Assembly: GCA_965214775.1 (NCBI GenBank)
Contig: OZ243974.1
Span: forward strand, 2,769,657-2,833,656
Direction: 5' to 3'
DNA from: Nitrosopumilus sp.
Lineage (GTDB): Archaea > Thermoproteota > Nitrososphaeria > Nitrososphaerales > Nitrosopumilaceae
Length of the DNA stretch: 64,000 bases
Of this stretch, positions 41,667-53,028 are shown piece after piece. The notes under the pieces were generated by a model. That model was not told where the DNA came from and made no database searches. It was given only the letters and a program-made list of their open reading frames with translations. Each line of letters opens with the position of its first letter. Position 1 is the stretch's first letter. Both the position numbers and the translations under genes were made by a program.

Positions 41667-41833
41667 TCACCAATGCGATATCTCGCTTGCTGCAGGGCAG
41701 CCTTTGTGCCTGGCCCACAGCTTCTGGACCCACCATACCGTCACGTCCATGGTTCCGGCTATCTGGGCGTTGGTAAGCTCTCCCTTTTTCTTTTCCTGCA
41801 CTATCCATTGTACCTGGTTTTTCTCTAGCTTCA
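41667..41833 (-). pseudogene. IS481-like transposase N-terminal HTH fragment
   Basis: MKLEKNQVQWIV...NAQIAGTMDVTVWWVQKLWAR resembles the N-termini of the IS481 proteins in this window. Confidence 0.6.
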
Positions 41834-42075
41834 TGCCGTTTGGGTGCTCAAGACTCACGTATTTACGGATCTTTCGTCGCCAGACCCACACACCTGTACT
41901 TCCAGTGTGGGTCAGGCTTGCACATCTGGTCCTGACCGACTTTACACACTCGGAGAAGGGGTGAACTACTTTTTGGACTATACAAAACACACCATACAAC
42001 AAACATGAAAAATAATAAAAAGATAGACTGATTTAAGAAAACAAAGGTTGAATCTTAAATTAAAAAACTGATTGC

Positions 42076-42282
42076 CTATTCTGATTTTTTGACTTTTTGG
42101 GCTGCAGGTCCTTTCTTGCCTTCGCCTACTTCAAACTCGACTTTATCGCCTTCGTTGATAAATCCATCAACATCTGATTTGTGAACAAACAGATCATCTC
42201 CAGATTCCCTTTCGATAAAACCAAAGCCCTTAGTACGGTTAAACCACTTTACGGTGCCTTGTTCCATTTGTTTTTGAACCAA
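42076..42282 (-). CDS. cspA: Cold-shock protein
   Basis: GTVKWFN..KGFGFI...DLFVH RNP1/RNP2. Confidence 0.95.
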   Translation of the reverse strand: MVQKQMEQGTVKWFNRTKGFGFIERESGDDLFVHKSDVDGFINEGDKVEFEVGEGKKGPAAQKVKKSE

Positions 42283-42342
42283 TAACTGGCTATATTAAGT
42301 AAGTCATAAGCAGTATGCCGCCACCCATCAAAAGATCACAAT

Positions 42343-42654
42343 TCAAAAATCCTTAGGGATGTGATTGTTCTCTTTGAGCCATCCAACCTGTGGAAGAGTA
42401 AACCTCCAAACAATATCGCCTTGTTCTGACTCGTTAAAATCCCAGGGCGCGATAATTACAATGTCATTGTCCCTAATCCAGACCCTTCGTTTTAATTTTC
42501 CTCGAATTCTTCCCCTTCTTGTGACGTTGTCAGTGCATTTGATCAGAACATTCTCCCCTCCAAGCATCTTCAAGACCCTGCCAAACATCTCTCCTTCCTC
42601 AGGCAGACGGATTTCTTTCAGATCACTTTCGCTTTTTACCTGGCGCTTGCCCAT
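42343..42654 (-). CDS. eif1a: Translation initiation factor aIF1A
   Basis: RIRGKLKRRVWIRDNDIVIIAPWDF; start moved to MGKRQVK. Confidence 0.93.
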   Translation of the reverse strand: MGKRQVKSESDLKEIRLPEEGEMFGRVLKMLGGENVLIKCTDNVTRRGRIRGKLKRRVWIRDNDIVIIAPWDFNESEQGDIVWRFTLPQVGWLKENNHIPKDF

Positions 42655-42742
42655 ACCACAGTAGGTTCTCACCATAACCATATAACTGATGGGTTTTGAC
42701 TGATTTGGCCTGAAAGAACATTCAATCCGCAAGAAATTTTAC

Positions 42743-43348
42743 ATGTCATTCCAAAAACAACGCATGAAATTCCAATGTGTAGATGAGTGTGCACAATGCT
42801 GCATTGAGAGAGGGTATTTTCCATCAAAGGAGTTTGGAAAAATCGGCGTATTGATTCTGCCAGAAGAAAAAGAGAGGATAGAGAAAAGATCAGCGGCAAT
42901 GGCCGGCAATCGGATCAAAATCCTTCCAAGAATCGGTGTTTCTGAAGAGAAAAACCGCGGGCCGACAAGAATTTTGGCATATCAGTTAATGGGAGTAGAG
43001 GACAACGGCAACACATGTCCGTTTTTAGATACAGGCGGGGATGAAAAATCACCCCATGGGGGCTTCCCATGCAAAATTTACAAAGACAGGCCTTTAGCTT
43101 GCGCTGCATATCCCTTAATCGAATCAAACCCAATCAACATGGATGCAAAGTGCAGGTTCTGCAAAGAGAACAAAAATGCAGATGAAAATTTGAATGAGGA
43201 GATAGAATCATTGCTAAAAATCAAAGAAAAAATGGCGACAGATGCCAGGTATGTCTGGAGGTATGCAACAGGGATTGGTGAACCAGATGACAGGCCCGTC
43301 ATCAAAACAGGATGGATCTTAGATGATGATGATGATGATGATGAGTAA
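42743..43348 (+). CDS. YkgJ-family (CxxCxxCC) cysteine-cluster protein with poly-Asp tail
   Basis: CVDECAQCC, CPFLD, CKIYKDRPLACAAYP. Confidence 0.85.
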   Translation: MSFQKQRMKFQCVDECAQCCIERGYFPSKEFGKIGVLILPEEKERIEKRSAAMAGNRIKILPRIGVSEEKNRGPTRILAYQLMGVEDNGNTCPFLDTGGDEKSPHGGFPCKIYKDRPLACAAYPLIESNPINMDAKCRFCKENKNADENLNEEIESLLKIKEKMATDARYVWRYATGIGEPDDRPVIKTGWILDDDDDDDE

Positions 43349-43920
43349 GTGGAGGAGGAAGAGGAAGAGAAAAAAGTTTGAGGCATGAAAAAACAGCTAC
43401 TGGCAGGCAGTCAGAAATTCAAAGTATGAAAACGTGAGAGAGTCAGTTCCCGCATATGGTGGTGCCTGCTCATGGCAGTGCAGACGGCAACAACAATACG
43501 AGACATATCTGTAGTAGCAGTAGCAATGGCAGCAACAGCAGCAACAGCAGTAGTAATAGTCAGTCTGATTTGAGTTGTTTTGAGATCGGAACCATTCTGC
43601 GCGGCGCTTGGAATCGTTGGGACTGGTTCAGTCTTTCCAAAAGTTCCCAGAAAAACGGTTCCAAATTTGACATGATTCAGATTATGATGCCTGCAGATCC
43701 GCATGCAGTCGTCTGCACTGCCACGAGTCGGGTTACATCTGTGAGGACTACTGATTGCAAGTACTGATAAGCCGCTTACGCGTTAAAAGAATACAGACAG
43801 GCAATTTCGCATGCATCCTTGGATTCTATCATAAATTGCCGATTGTTGTCTTGTAAAAAATTTTGCAGCCGTCATTATCATCGTCATCGTTGTAAAACCA
43901 GCTGCCGATTCCACCAGACA

Positions 43921-45018
43921 CTATGGGTTGATTACTGCCCTGCCAATAATTTTCCTGTCCTTTAGATCCTGCAAAGCGGTATTTGCCTCATCCAAAGAAT
44001 ATCTTTTTGAGATTACTGGGTTGATGATGCCCTTTCTGGCAAGTCCCAACAGTTCTTCCATGTCATTGTAATTTCCGGTATAGGCACCCTGTATGACAAT
44101 TGACTTTAAAGGGACGGTTACAAGGGACAGCTCAATAGAGCCCCCAAACAGCCCAACCAGAACCAGATTGCCCCTTTTTCTCAAGACGGCCAGACCGGTC
44201 TTTACAGTCGGCGGGGCGTTTACAAAGTCAACTACGCTATCGGCGCCCTTGCCATTGCAGATTGAAAGGATTTTTTGGACGGTTTCCGGATCCCTTGAAT
44301 TGATGGTAAAATGTGCACCCATCTCTTTTGCGGTTTCCAGTTTTTTATCATCCAGATCAACACAGATAATTTTCGCATCGGTGATTTCCCTGCCAATCTG
44401 TATGCCCATCAGGCCCAGCCCGCCGGCGCCAACAATTACAATAAACTCCGGAGAGTTCTGGTTTGCTTTCTTAATTGCAGTATAGGCAGTCAGTCCAGAA
44501 CATGCCAAGGATGTCGCAGCGTCAGGATCGACTCCGTCAAGCTTTGCCAGATATTTAGAATCAGGTATCAGCGTATGATCGGCGTACCCTCCGTTTTGGA
44601 AGAGTCCCATTGATTTTGGGGCATCGCACAGGTTTTCATTTCCCGCCTTGCATGCAGGACAGTCCCCGCATCCCATCCATGGAAAGACAAGAACGTCATC
44701 GCCTACCGATACGTCAGAGACATCCTTGCCGATTTCGTGGACGGTCCCGACAATTTCATGACCGGGGGTGACAGGATATTTTACCCCCCTGTCTGTAACC
44801 TTTAAAAACTGTCCATCCCCAAGATCGTACCCCCCTTCCCACAGGTGCAGATCACTGTGGCACACACCCTCGGACTTTACCTTGATGAGGACCTGGGTGC
44901 CTACCGGCTTGGGATTTTCAGATTCAGTTACGACAAGGGGCTCGTTAGGGCCCGGAATTCTAGCCGATTTCACAGATTTGATTTTCCTGCTAACAATATA
45001 AGAGTTGACTGAAAACAA
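43921..45018 (-). CDS. Zinc-dependent alcohol dehydrogenase (MDR family)
   Basis: GVCHSDLH, GHEIVG, CGDCPAC..C, GAGGLG. Confidence 0.93.
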   Translation of the reverse strand: MFSVNSYIVSRKIKSVKSARIPGPNEPLVVTESENPKPVGTQVLIKVKSEGVCHSDLHLWEGGYDLGDGQFLKVTDRGVKYPVTPGHEIVGTVHEIGKDVSDVSVGDDVLVFPWMGCGDCPACKAGNENLCDAPKSMGLFQNGGYADHTLIPDSKYLAKLDGVDPDAATSLACSGLTAYTAIKKANQNSPEFIVIVGAGGLGLMGIQIGREITDAKIICVDLDDKKLETAKEMGAHFTINSRDPETVQKILSICNGKGADSVVDFVNAPPTVKTGLAVLRKRGNLVLVGLFGGSIELSLVTVPLKSIVIQGAYTGNYNDMEELLGLARKGIINPVISKRYSLDEANTALQDLKDRKIIGRAVINP

Positions 45019-45067
45019 GAAAAAAATAGATCCGTTAGATATTATTGAATTAAATCAGAGTCATCTT

Positions 45068-45778
45068 ATGAGCGATTCGCCTCCTCCTCCTCCTAGCAGC
45101 AGCGATGATTCTCCTAGCAGCATCTCGCAAGAACCGGTTAGCGTTCTGTTTAGTCCCGCCGCATCAGTTGCAAAGAAGGACGTTTGGGAGATCGACCTCA
45201 TTCATATTTTGAACCTGTTAATCAAAATTCTAGAAAAATCAGGCAAGAAAGACCTCAAAGTGGCAGGAATGGCCGCACTGTCATCATCCCTAATATACAG
45301 AATGAAAGTTGAGAGCATCTTTGCCCTGCAAAGGGCAGCCATGCAGAAAAAACCGATGCATCAACGGACAGATGTCGATATTCAGTTAATCGACATCCCA
45401 TACAGGCACGAGTCCACATACCCGGTTTCTTTAGATGACCTGCTAGGATTGTTGCAGAATCTTATAGGAACGATTGCAAACCCGCAATCAAGAAGAGGTG
45501 GGGAACGGGTAAAAATTGAGCCGGTTGAGGCGCCAAATTTTCAAGAATATTTCATCTCTCTTGAAAACATCATTGGAAGGTACGAGGAGCTTGTAATGAA
45601 GAAGATTGCAGTAGAAGGTTCTGGCATTCTACAGGAAATAATTGCAGATCTGGACGAGATCGATTCAATTCGATGCTTTTTTGCAGTGCTGTTTTTGGCA
45701 AGAGATCAAAAAGTCGACCTGGAACAGATAAATGACGATATCAGAATTACCGCCATAAAAGAAGAGTTAACAAACTGA
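45068..45778 (+). CDS. scpA: Segregation and condensation protein A (kleisin)
   Basis: DVWEIDL, SSLIYRMKVE, FFAVLFLARDQKVDLEQ; upstream of scpB; start uncertain. Confidence 0.85.
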   Translation: MSDSPPPPPSSSDDSPSSISQEPVSVLFSPAASVAKKDVWEIDLIHILNLLIKILEKSGKKDLKVAGMAALSSSLIYRMKVESIFALQRAAMQKKPMHQRTDVDIQLIDIPYRHESTYPVSLDDLLGLLQNLIGTIANPQSRRGGERVKIEPVEAPNFQEYFISLENIIGRYEELVMKKIAVEGSGILQEIIADLDEIDSIRCFFAVLFLARDQKVDLEQINDDIRITAIKEELTN

Positions 45779-45831
45779 TCAAAAATGGCCAAGGAGACCC
45801 TTTTTAACTGATATGCAGGTGGTGATGACTT

Positions 45832-46407
45832 GTGGCAAAAGTTGAGAACATGGATGAGGCAATGGCAAGGATAGAATCGGCATTGTACTCTGCAGGCAGG
45901 CCGCTCAGAATCGAGGAGATAATCCGAGCCTCGGGTACAGAATCAAGGACAAAGACACTGGACTTGATCAGCATCTTGATCAAGAGGACAAAGTCGGCAT
46001 TCAGGGGGCTAGAGGTGGCGATTCTGCCAGACGGCTCGTATGTTTTTCAGATAAAGCCAGAATACAGTGCAACTGTGAAAAGATATGCCTCAAAGCCAGT
46101 CCTGCCCAATGCGACATTAAAGACGCTGTCATATATAGCGTACATGCAGCCGATCTCATCAAAGCAGCTTGTGGAGACAAGGGGGTCGGGAGTTTATGCA
46201 CATCTCAAAGAACTAAGACAGTTGGACTTTATCTCGCATCAGAATGTTGGAAGACTGAAAATTTACAGCACCACGGACAAATTCCAGAAATACTTTGGAA
46301 TCCAAGGGGATGTCGAGGATCTCAAGCAGAGGCTGTTCTCAAAGGTCAGAAAGACAGCCGGCGGAACAAGGCAGTCAGGGCCCCCGGCGCAGTTGGTACA
46401 AAGCTAG
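45832..46407 (+). CDS. scpB: Segregation and condensation protein B
   Basis: IESALYSAGRPL, TLSYIAYMQPIS, YSTTDKFQKYFG. Confidence 0.93.
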   Translation: MAKVENMDEAMARIESALYSAGRPLRIEEIIRASGTESRTKTLDLISILIKRTKSAFRGLEVAILPDGSYVFQIKPEYSATVKRYASKPVLPNATLKTLSYIAYMQPISSKQLVETRGSGVYAHLKELRQLDFISHQNVGRLKIYSTTDKFQKYFGIQGDVEDLKQRLFSKVRKTAGGTRQSGPPAQLVQS

Positions 46408-46475
46408 CAGGATTTTGGTCTAGAGCCGGATGCGGCCGCGTTTTGTATAAATTAGAGTGGTTTGGAGAGGGTCTT

Positions 46476-46859
46476 GTGAGAAAGTCAGTAGAGAACTTGG
46501 CAACAAGCAAGACAACGGGGGGAAGAAGACACCCGCTTAGAATAAGAAGAAAGTATGAGACTGACAGGTATCCAAACGAGGCAGTCAGCGGGGCGCAGGT
46601 CACTGTAACTAGAAGGGTCAGAGGAAACAACAGTAAGACGGCTCTCAAGGCAATTGATTTTGTCAACCTTGCAACAGGAGATGCAAAAGTGAAAAAGTCA
46701 AAGATTCTGAAGGTTTTAGAAAATTCAACAAACAACGACTACCAAAGGAGAGGCATTATTACAAAGGGTGCAATTCTTGAAACGCAGGAAGGTAGATGCA
46801 AGGTTGTTTCAAAACCCGGACAGGACGGAGTCGCCAACGCAGTCTTGCTAAAGGAATAA
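46476..46859 (+). CDS. rps8e: 30S ribosomal protein S8e
   Basis: KTTGGR, RKYE, RVRGNNSK, IITKGAI, VSKPGQDGVANAVL. Confidence 0.95.
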   Translation: MRKSVENLATSKTTGGRRHPLRIRRKYETDRYPNEAVSGAQVTVTRRVRGNNSKTALKAIDFVNLATGDAKVKKSKILKVLENSTNNDYQRRGIITKGAILETQEGRCKVVSKPGQDGVANAVLLKE

Positions 46860-47330
46860 GACAAATGTCAGCGGGCCGGTTTGCGGCTTGGAATTTTAAC
46901 GACTATACATCCAGAAAATCAAGACGGTAAGGCAGAGAACTACTGTAGCAACGAGCACAAGTCTTTGAGTCAAAACAGGATCATTCGAAGGGTATAACGA
47001 TCACACAATCGGCGCAGTATGCATGGCAAAAGAAACAGACAAAAGCCTGTCAGAGACCATGCGCAAAGAAAAGGATGTCAGAGTCTACAAGAAGATCATG
47101 GCGTTGATGTTTGTGCCAGAAGACGACGTAGGCGTGCCCGAGACTGCAAGAAGGGTGATCCGGTGCAGTGAGAATTCCGTGCGCAGCCGGCTGGCAAGGT
47201 TTTCGGAGGACGGCATGGACTGCCTCCGGGATCTTCCCCGTTCCGGATGCAGACCAAAGGTGGACAGGAAAAGTATTGCCGCCATAATGGACCTGTCTAC
47301 TGCATGCAAAAGTACCGATGTCATGACGGT

Positions 47331-48925
47331 GTAAGAGTTTACCCCTCCTCCGCATAATTTAGATTGAGCATAAGGCCAATTTTTGATCACCATCTGGATC
47401 CATATGCGTCTAGACCACACCTGTATTCATGCCTGATTCAGAGACCAAGATATTGCACGACGAGCTGGCCCGCACCATAGCCGAATAGGCAGGAAGGACA
47501 GAACCATCGCAGGCAAGGACAGAACCATCGCAGGCAAGGATCTGACAATAGTTGGGCTTACCGAACAGCTGGCCGAGGTCACGGCAGAAAAGACGATGCT
47601 GACAGTAGAAAACCAGCAGCTCAAGCAGCACATCAAATATTACGAGAACCCGCACACCCCGTCCTCGCAGAACTCGATTCCGACCAGGCAGAAAAAAAAG
47701 ACTGCTGCTGCAAAGGCATCAGGCAGCGTACCGGCATCTGCAAAGGCAAAGCCGGGCCGCAGGCCCGGACACGAGGGAGTATCACACAAGAGAAAGCCGA
47801 CTGAGTTTGTAAAGCACTGCCCCAAAAAGTGCGACAAGTGCGGCAGCGCCAACATGAAGAAGCCAAAAAGGATGTTCTCAAAGACCGTGACTGAGATCCC
47901 CAAGAGGCCCAAACCGGTCACGACACAGCAGCACACCGCATACAAACGCGAATGCGCCGACTGCGGCCACGTGTGTATGGAGGATGACAGGAACTGGAAC
48001 GTGCAGGGAACCGAGTTTGGACCAAACATTACGGGAATGATAACTTCAATGCACATGGCACCTGCCTCCATACAGGCCACGGCCACACTGCTCAGAAATC
48101 CTGGACATGGACGTCTCAGAGGCAGGCGTGCTGCAGTGCCTGAGGGCCTGCACCAAGGCAATAAAGCCCAGCGTAGAGGGCATCAAGCAGGCCATCCGGG
48201 ATTCTGATTATCTGCACATTGACGAGACTGCCATGCCATACAACGGCAGGACGGCCCGCATATGGGTAATAGTAGGCAAGAACAAGGACGGCTCCACGAC
48301 CGGCGTCCACACGCTGGCCGCACCCAGCAGGAGCAGGGTCGTAGTGGATACGAACTTTCCGTATTATGATAAACCAGTTACAGTTGACGGGTACGGCGTA
48401 TATGTCGTATTCAAGATCAGGCAGTGGTGCTGGGCACACATACTCCGGGAGGCCAAGGACGCCGGCAAGACTTCCCGGCAGGCCCACGCGCTGTATGATG
48501 CCCTCAAGAAAAAATTTCTTTTTGCCAAGGGGCTGGGGCCACCACCACCGGAGGAGAAGTAGAAGGAGGACGATACCAGACAGCAACAACACGACATGCT
48601 GGTAGTCGAGACACGCGCGCTGGCCGTAGCATTCAGAGAGGCAGGTTGCGCGAGATTTGCCACAAAGCTTGAGAATGCCTCAGAATACCTGTACACGTTC
48701 GTGCTGTATCCGGGCATGGAGCCCACCAACAACCTGGCCGAGCGCATGCTGAGGCCGTCCGTAATTGCGCGCAAGATATTCCAGGGACTCCGTACCATGG
48801 AGGGCATGGAGATGTTCACCGTACTGATGACATGCACGATGAACTGGCGCGCCCAGGGGTGTAACGTGAGTGAGATGGTCGCCAAGACCCTGACTGGAAA
48901 CGTCGCCTGAGGGGTAAACTCATAC
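47331..48925 (+). mobile_element. Single-ORF IS66-family element with frameshifted transposase
   Basis: GTAAGAGTTTACCCC / GGGGTAAACTCATAC ends; paralog of intact 62148-63605, broken into three ORFs. Confidence 0.9.
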
Positions 48926-49053
48926 CATATCTCTTACCTCACAACGCAGTTGCACGTAGAATCCCCAAACATGACACATGGATAACAGCTCGGGAGGCAT
49001 TATCCAATTTTCATACTAAACCTATAAATATATTCATCACAATAATTGGACAA

Positions 49054-49836
49054 ATGTTATATACTAAAATCAGACACGCAGAAAAAATTCGAAAATTGTA
49101 CAGGCTACAAGGTACAATGGCGTACGGGCAACACAAGGAAGCAGGTTCCAGACTCGGTTTTAAGAAATACAGCAGGTGCTATTACGAATTAATAAAAAAA
49201 CTGCATGAAGAAAAGGTGTTAGATGAAAGAGGCGTTTTCATCGATAATATAATCAATCTGTGGCTAGCAGAATTATCTATGGTTTTATCAAAAAGGGAAG
49301 CAGAAGTTTTAGGCAGCAGGATACCATTTTTGATATATCTGAATTTATTCCTAAACCTAACTAAAAAAAACCCAAGGGACATACATGATGAACTGAAACT
49401 GCCGCGTAGCTCAACATATTATGCAATTGAGAGGCTAGAGTCTCAGAATTTGGTTGAAAGAGCAAATTCCAAAGTCACAATATCAAAAAAACATGGGTTT
49501 TTTAGCTGGCTTACAAAATATGTTGAATTATGCCTGTCACATGCAGACGTTACAAAGGAAGTTTTTGTCCTATTTGATGTGGTACCAGCATATGTAGATG
49601 GCCCTCAGGCATTTTACACAGTAAATTATGAACCGGGAAGGCCTATGGAGGCCTCAGACATGATAATTAGAACCAATGAGCCATTCATAAGATTTTGGAG
49701 ATATGTCATAGATAATGTAAGGTATTTTTTTGATTATCCCAAACGAATCAAAGTGTTGCCAATTGAAACAAAAAACGAAATTGTCTGGATAGGCAAAATG
49801 CCATACAATAAAAATGCAATAGAGGCATCCAGATGA
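49054..49836 (+). CDS. Winged-HTH protein, probable type IV TA antitoxin (AbiEi-like position)
   Basis: PRDIHDELKLPRSSTYYAIERLE HTH; ATGA overlap with the nucleotidyltransferase gene. Confidence 0.65.
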   Translation: MLYTKIRHAEKIRKLYRLQGTMAYGQHKEAGSRLGFKKYSRCYYELIKKLHEEKVLDERGVFIDNIINLWLAELSMVLSKREAEVLGSRIPFLIYLNLFLNLTKKNPRDIHDELKLPRSSTYYAIERLESQNLVERANSKVTISKKHGFFSWLTKYVELCLSHADVTKEVFVLFDVVPAYVDGPQAFYTVNYEPGRPMEASDMIIRTNEPFIRFWRYVIDNVRYFFDYPKRIKVLPIETKNEIVWIGKMPYNKNAIEASR

Positions 49837-50727
49837 CAATATTTTATGTTTTCAATGATAAGGAAATAGATCTCAGTAAGCCACAAAAACATGTCAAGGA
49901 TGAGTTTGTTGATAGTTTTGACAGGCCGGAATTAAGTGCATTTTTGAGATCTGAGTTATGTACATTAGATGTGCTTTTAGCCGTTACACAAATGAATGAC
50001 GGTTATTACAAGAAAAGATTGGTGTTAAAGGGGGGACATTCGGTCAGAAATTTAGTACCTTTAAAAGATCACAGATTTTCATTTGATGCGGATTTTAACA
50101 CAAACTCAGTGAGGGGGATCACCTATGGAGATGTTTCAAACATAAAACAAGATCTCTATAGGTTTGGACAGAGTAGAGGATGCACTATCAGGACAAAGAT
50201 AACACAAGACAGTGTAATGCTGTATTTTTGAGGTAGGATATCACAAATTTCTAAACAGAAGGTTGAACATAGTTGAACGACCAAAAATCGAAGTTTGCAA
50301 ACAATGCAGAACGCACGAAAGACCAATCCTAAGCCAAATGAATACCATGATTGATCTGGAATTATTAGGAATGGAACCGCCTGAACTGCTCCATCTTGAT
50401 TTAGAGGAGCAACTAGCTAACAAACTTTTTGTGATTGGCTCAAGGGGCAGGCAGAGAAACCACTTTGATGCATATGATATATACAGAATATGTAAAAATA
50501 ACAAAATTGATTGGAATAAGGAAAAAAGAATTTTTTCAAATATCATAAAAAGAACTGGCAAGTCACTATCAGAATATTCATCAGAGTGCATATCGCAATT
50601 GGATGCAATAAAAAGAAACGACGGTAAAAGGGCAAGCTTTCAAAACATCGTATTTGACAACAACTCGTTTGAATTTGATAAACTAGTTGACGATGTGAAA
50701 TTACTGTACCAGTTTAAAGGCTGGTAG
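49833..50727 (+). pseudogene. AbiEii/AbiGii-like nucleotidyltransferase toxin split by a 1-nt frameshift near 50225
   Basis: LVLKGG, RFSFDADF, EEQLANKL, RNHFDAYDIY; deleting one T in TATTTTTGAGG gives YFEVGYHKFLNRRLNIVERPK. Confidence 0.8.
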
Positions 50728-50881
50728 CTTGCTCGCATTATTATAAATTTGCAAATAACCCGTAGACGGAAATGTAACCTCCCGAAAGCCATCCTGATCC
50801 TACGGCAGGCCGGCAAACCCGTATTCTGCAAGGTTTCTGGCCGCCATGATAAGCATGTCTGCGACCAGCAGCAGCGTAAAA

Positions 50882-50974
50882 GTACGAGGTCACCTGCCAT
50901 CATCAGTTAGGCATGAATTAGCATGAATGATTGTGATCCTTGTGCCTAGCTAGCAAGGGGACGTGACCACATAC
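50882..50974. mobile_element. 93-bp MITE with GTA...TAC ends; inverted copy at 54088-54180
   Basis: GTA(C/T)GAGGTCAC / GTGACC(A/T)CATAC ends and shared internal sequence. Confidence 0.75.
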
Positions 50975-51188
50975 GTCTTCTCAGAAGTAACCCAAAATGA
51001 CGTATTCTGACAGAAACGAATCATCTATCGACCTTGTGCGTATTTGCCAAAAATGACATGAAATCTGCCTGATTTTTCTGATTTGCACCGATTACAGTAG
51101 TTGAAAATGTACCCCACAAATCCCGCTAGCCGGGATCGTGCCGCCGTCCTGCTCCTGCCCGACATGCATCCTGCACACAAAAGGCCAT

Positions 51189-51387
51189 GTACGAGTTTAC
51201 CCCTTGGGCGTCACTGCTGTCTGGAACCTTCATGATCACGCCTGCCACGCCGTATCTCAGGTGAGGGGTAAACTCCTACCGTCGTATTTTCGGGAGGTAC
51301 GAGTTTACCCCTTGGGCGTCACTGCTGTCTGGAACCTTCATGATCACGCCTGCCACGCCGTATCTCAGGTGAGGGGTAAACTCGTAC
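51189..51387 (+). mobile_element. Two adjacent 91-bp IS66-derived MITEs (51189-51279, 51297-51387)
   Basis: Near-identical units GTACGAGTTTACCCC...GGGGTAAACTC(C/G)TAC; the second is flanked by TTTCGGGAG duplication. Confidence 0.85.
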
Positions 51388-52257
51388 TTTCGGGAGGGGG
51401 CAAACTCTTACATGACGGTGGTGCGCGATGACACAGGGGATGTCACCCGGACAGAATACGGCATAGAACATATCCAAAGACTGATGCGCCAGCACGGCCT
51501 GTCGCACAGCAAGGTGCAAAACGTGCATGTCAACCATGCCACCCCGAGCTCGGTATTTGTGGCAGCGATACCTTGAAGACGTGCAGATTCCGTGCCTGAA
51601 AAACGACGGTTTTACGCAGGTGTCCTCTGATGAGGCGTTCTTCGTGCAGGGCTCATACGACAGATACGTATGAGATCCGGTCGACACCAGAAGCGTGGCA
51701 TCGTATTCGGGGGATCACACAAAGGTGGCCGTGTTTGGAAGCATCGTAAAAGACGGCAGGAAGCTGTTCAGGACGTTTACGGGATCCTTTACGTCGGTGC
51801 AGTTTATAGAATGTCTGGAGGCGCTGCGTGCCAAGTTTGGCAAGGTTGCCGTCTTTTGCTACAGGTGGAGCGTGCACAGGGCTGCTGATGTCGCAGAATA
51901 CCTGGCGGGCCATCCCGATGTCAGGCTGATAATGATCCCGCGGGGATCGCCATACCTCATGTCGTGGAAGAATGCTGGAACCCTAGCAGGCATGCCATTT
52001 TCAGGGGGATGATGTGCAGAAAGGTCAGCGAGCTGCGGCATGCCATATCTGAGCATTACAGGACGGTATCGTTTGCCCACCTTTACATGTACAAGTACAT
52101 CTACAGATCGCCGGTCAAAGCCCTCAATTACTTGTGACCGTTGCTGTAGAATTCAATTCCTTCTCAATTTTGTTCTGGTATCATTTTTCATGTGTATATG
52201 ATGTCAGCCACAATTAATCGCCTCATGTTTATATGAGGATATCATGTTTCGTGATAT

Positions 52258-53028
52258 ATGTCCCAAAGTAAATCACCGGAAGGATTTTCATTGCAATTTG
52301 GATCCAGATCCCCCGAACAATCTAGCACAGATCTTTTTCTAAAAACTGCCACCACTCCAACTTATCCATTTTTGCGCATTAAATTAAAAAAAAGTGCTTC
52401 CGTAGATGATACAAATTTAGAAGTATCGGTTAGCTCAAAATTATATGAGTACACAAGAGCAACATTACTAACAGACGAAATATTGCTTTATCCTTCAAAT
52501 GCCCAGTTTAATCATTGGACTTATGATATGGTAATCGGAATTAAAACCCTAATTAACTTGAAGCTTTTTGAACCCTTTGATGCCTGGGTTTCTCAATCAA
52601 GAAAATGTATGTCTGCTTTATTAAACAATCAAAAATTTGAACCTGAATTCAAATTAGAAAACGCAAAAAAAAAATCTGAAGAATTATTAAAATCACTAAA
52701 TATTTTTGATGAAGTAAATAAACAAGAACTGATTTTCAATTCAGCACAAGAGGCTCTTAAAGAAAAATCAATGGATTCAAGTACACTAATTTACAGATTA
52801 GCCATGGCTGTGTATCACTCTAAACGTGGTAGTGATTCCTCACTCATTAATGCGGTAGATGATACAAGTGAGACTTACCTTACTTTTGTTAAAAGTAAAA
52901 TCTTTGATGAAAATAAAGAACACTTTTCTGAAATGATGGATCTGCCAAGTAATTCAAGAGTGCAGGTTATGAAAGTTTTAATTTCATTTATTATTGCAAC
53001 TTATGCATATTACAAGGTGATTGATTGA
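52258..53028 (+). CDS. Hypothetical protein (AT-rich cassette, gene 1)
   Basis: 256-aa ORF; stop overlaps the next start. Confidence 0.7.
   Translation: MSQSKSPEGFSLQFGSRSPEQSSTDLFLKTATTPTYPFLRIKLKKSASVDDTNLEVSVSSKLYEYTRATLLTDEILLYPSNAQFNHWTYDMVIGIKTLINLKLFEPFDAWVSQSRKCMSALLNNQKFEPEFKLENAKKKSEELLKSLNIFDEVNKQELIFNSAQEALKEKSMDSSTLIYRLAMAVYHSKRGSDSSLINAVDDTSETYLTFVKSKIFDENKEHFSEMMDLPSNSRVQVMKVLISFIIATYAYYKVID

Larger units (their letters stand above)
46946..52146 (+). mobile_element. Degenerate copy of IS630-C split by a 4.1-kb IS66-bounded insertion
   Basis: 46946-47330 and 51420-52146 are collinear with 5174-6281. Confidence 0.85.
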
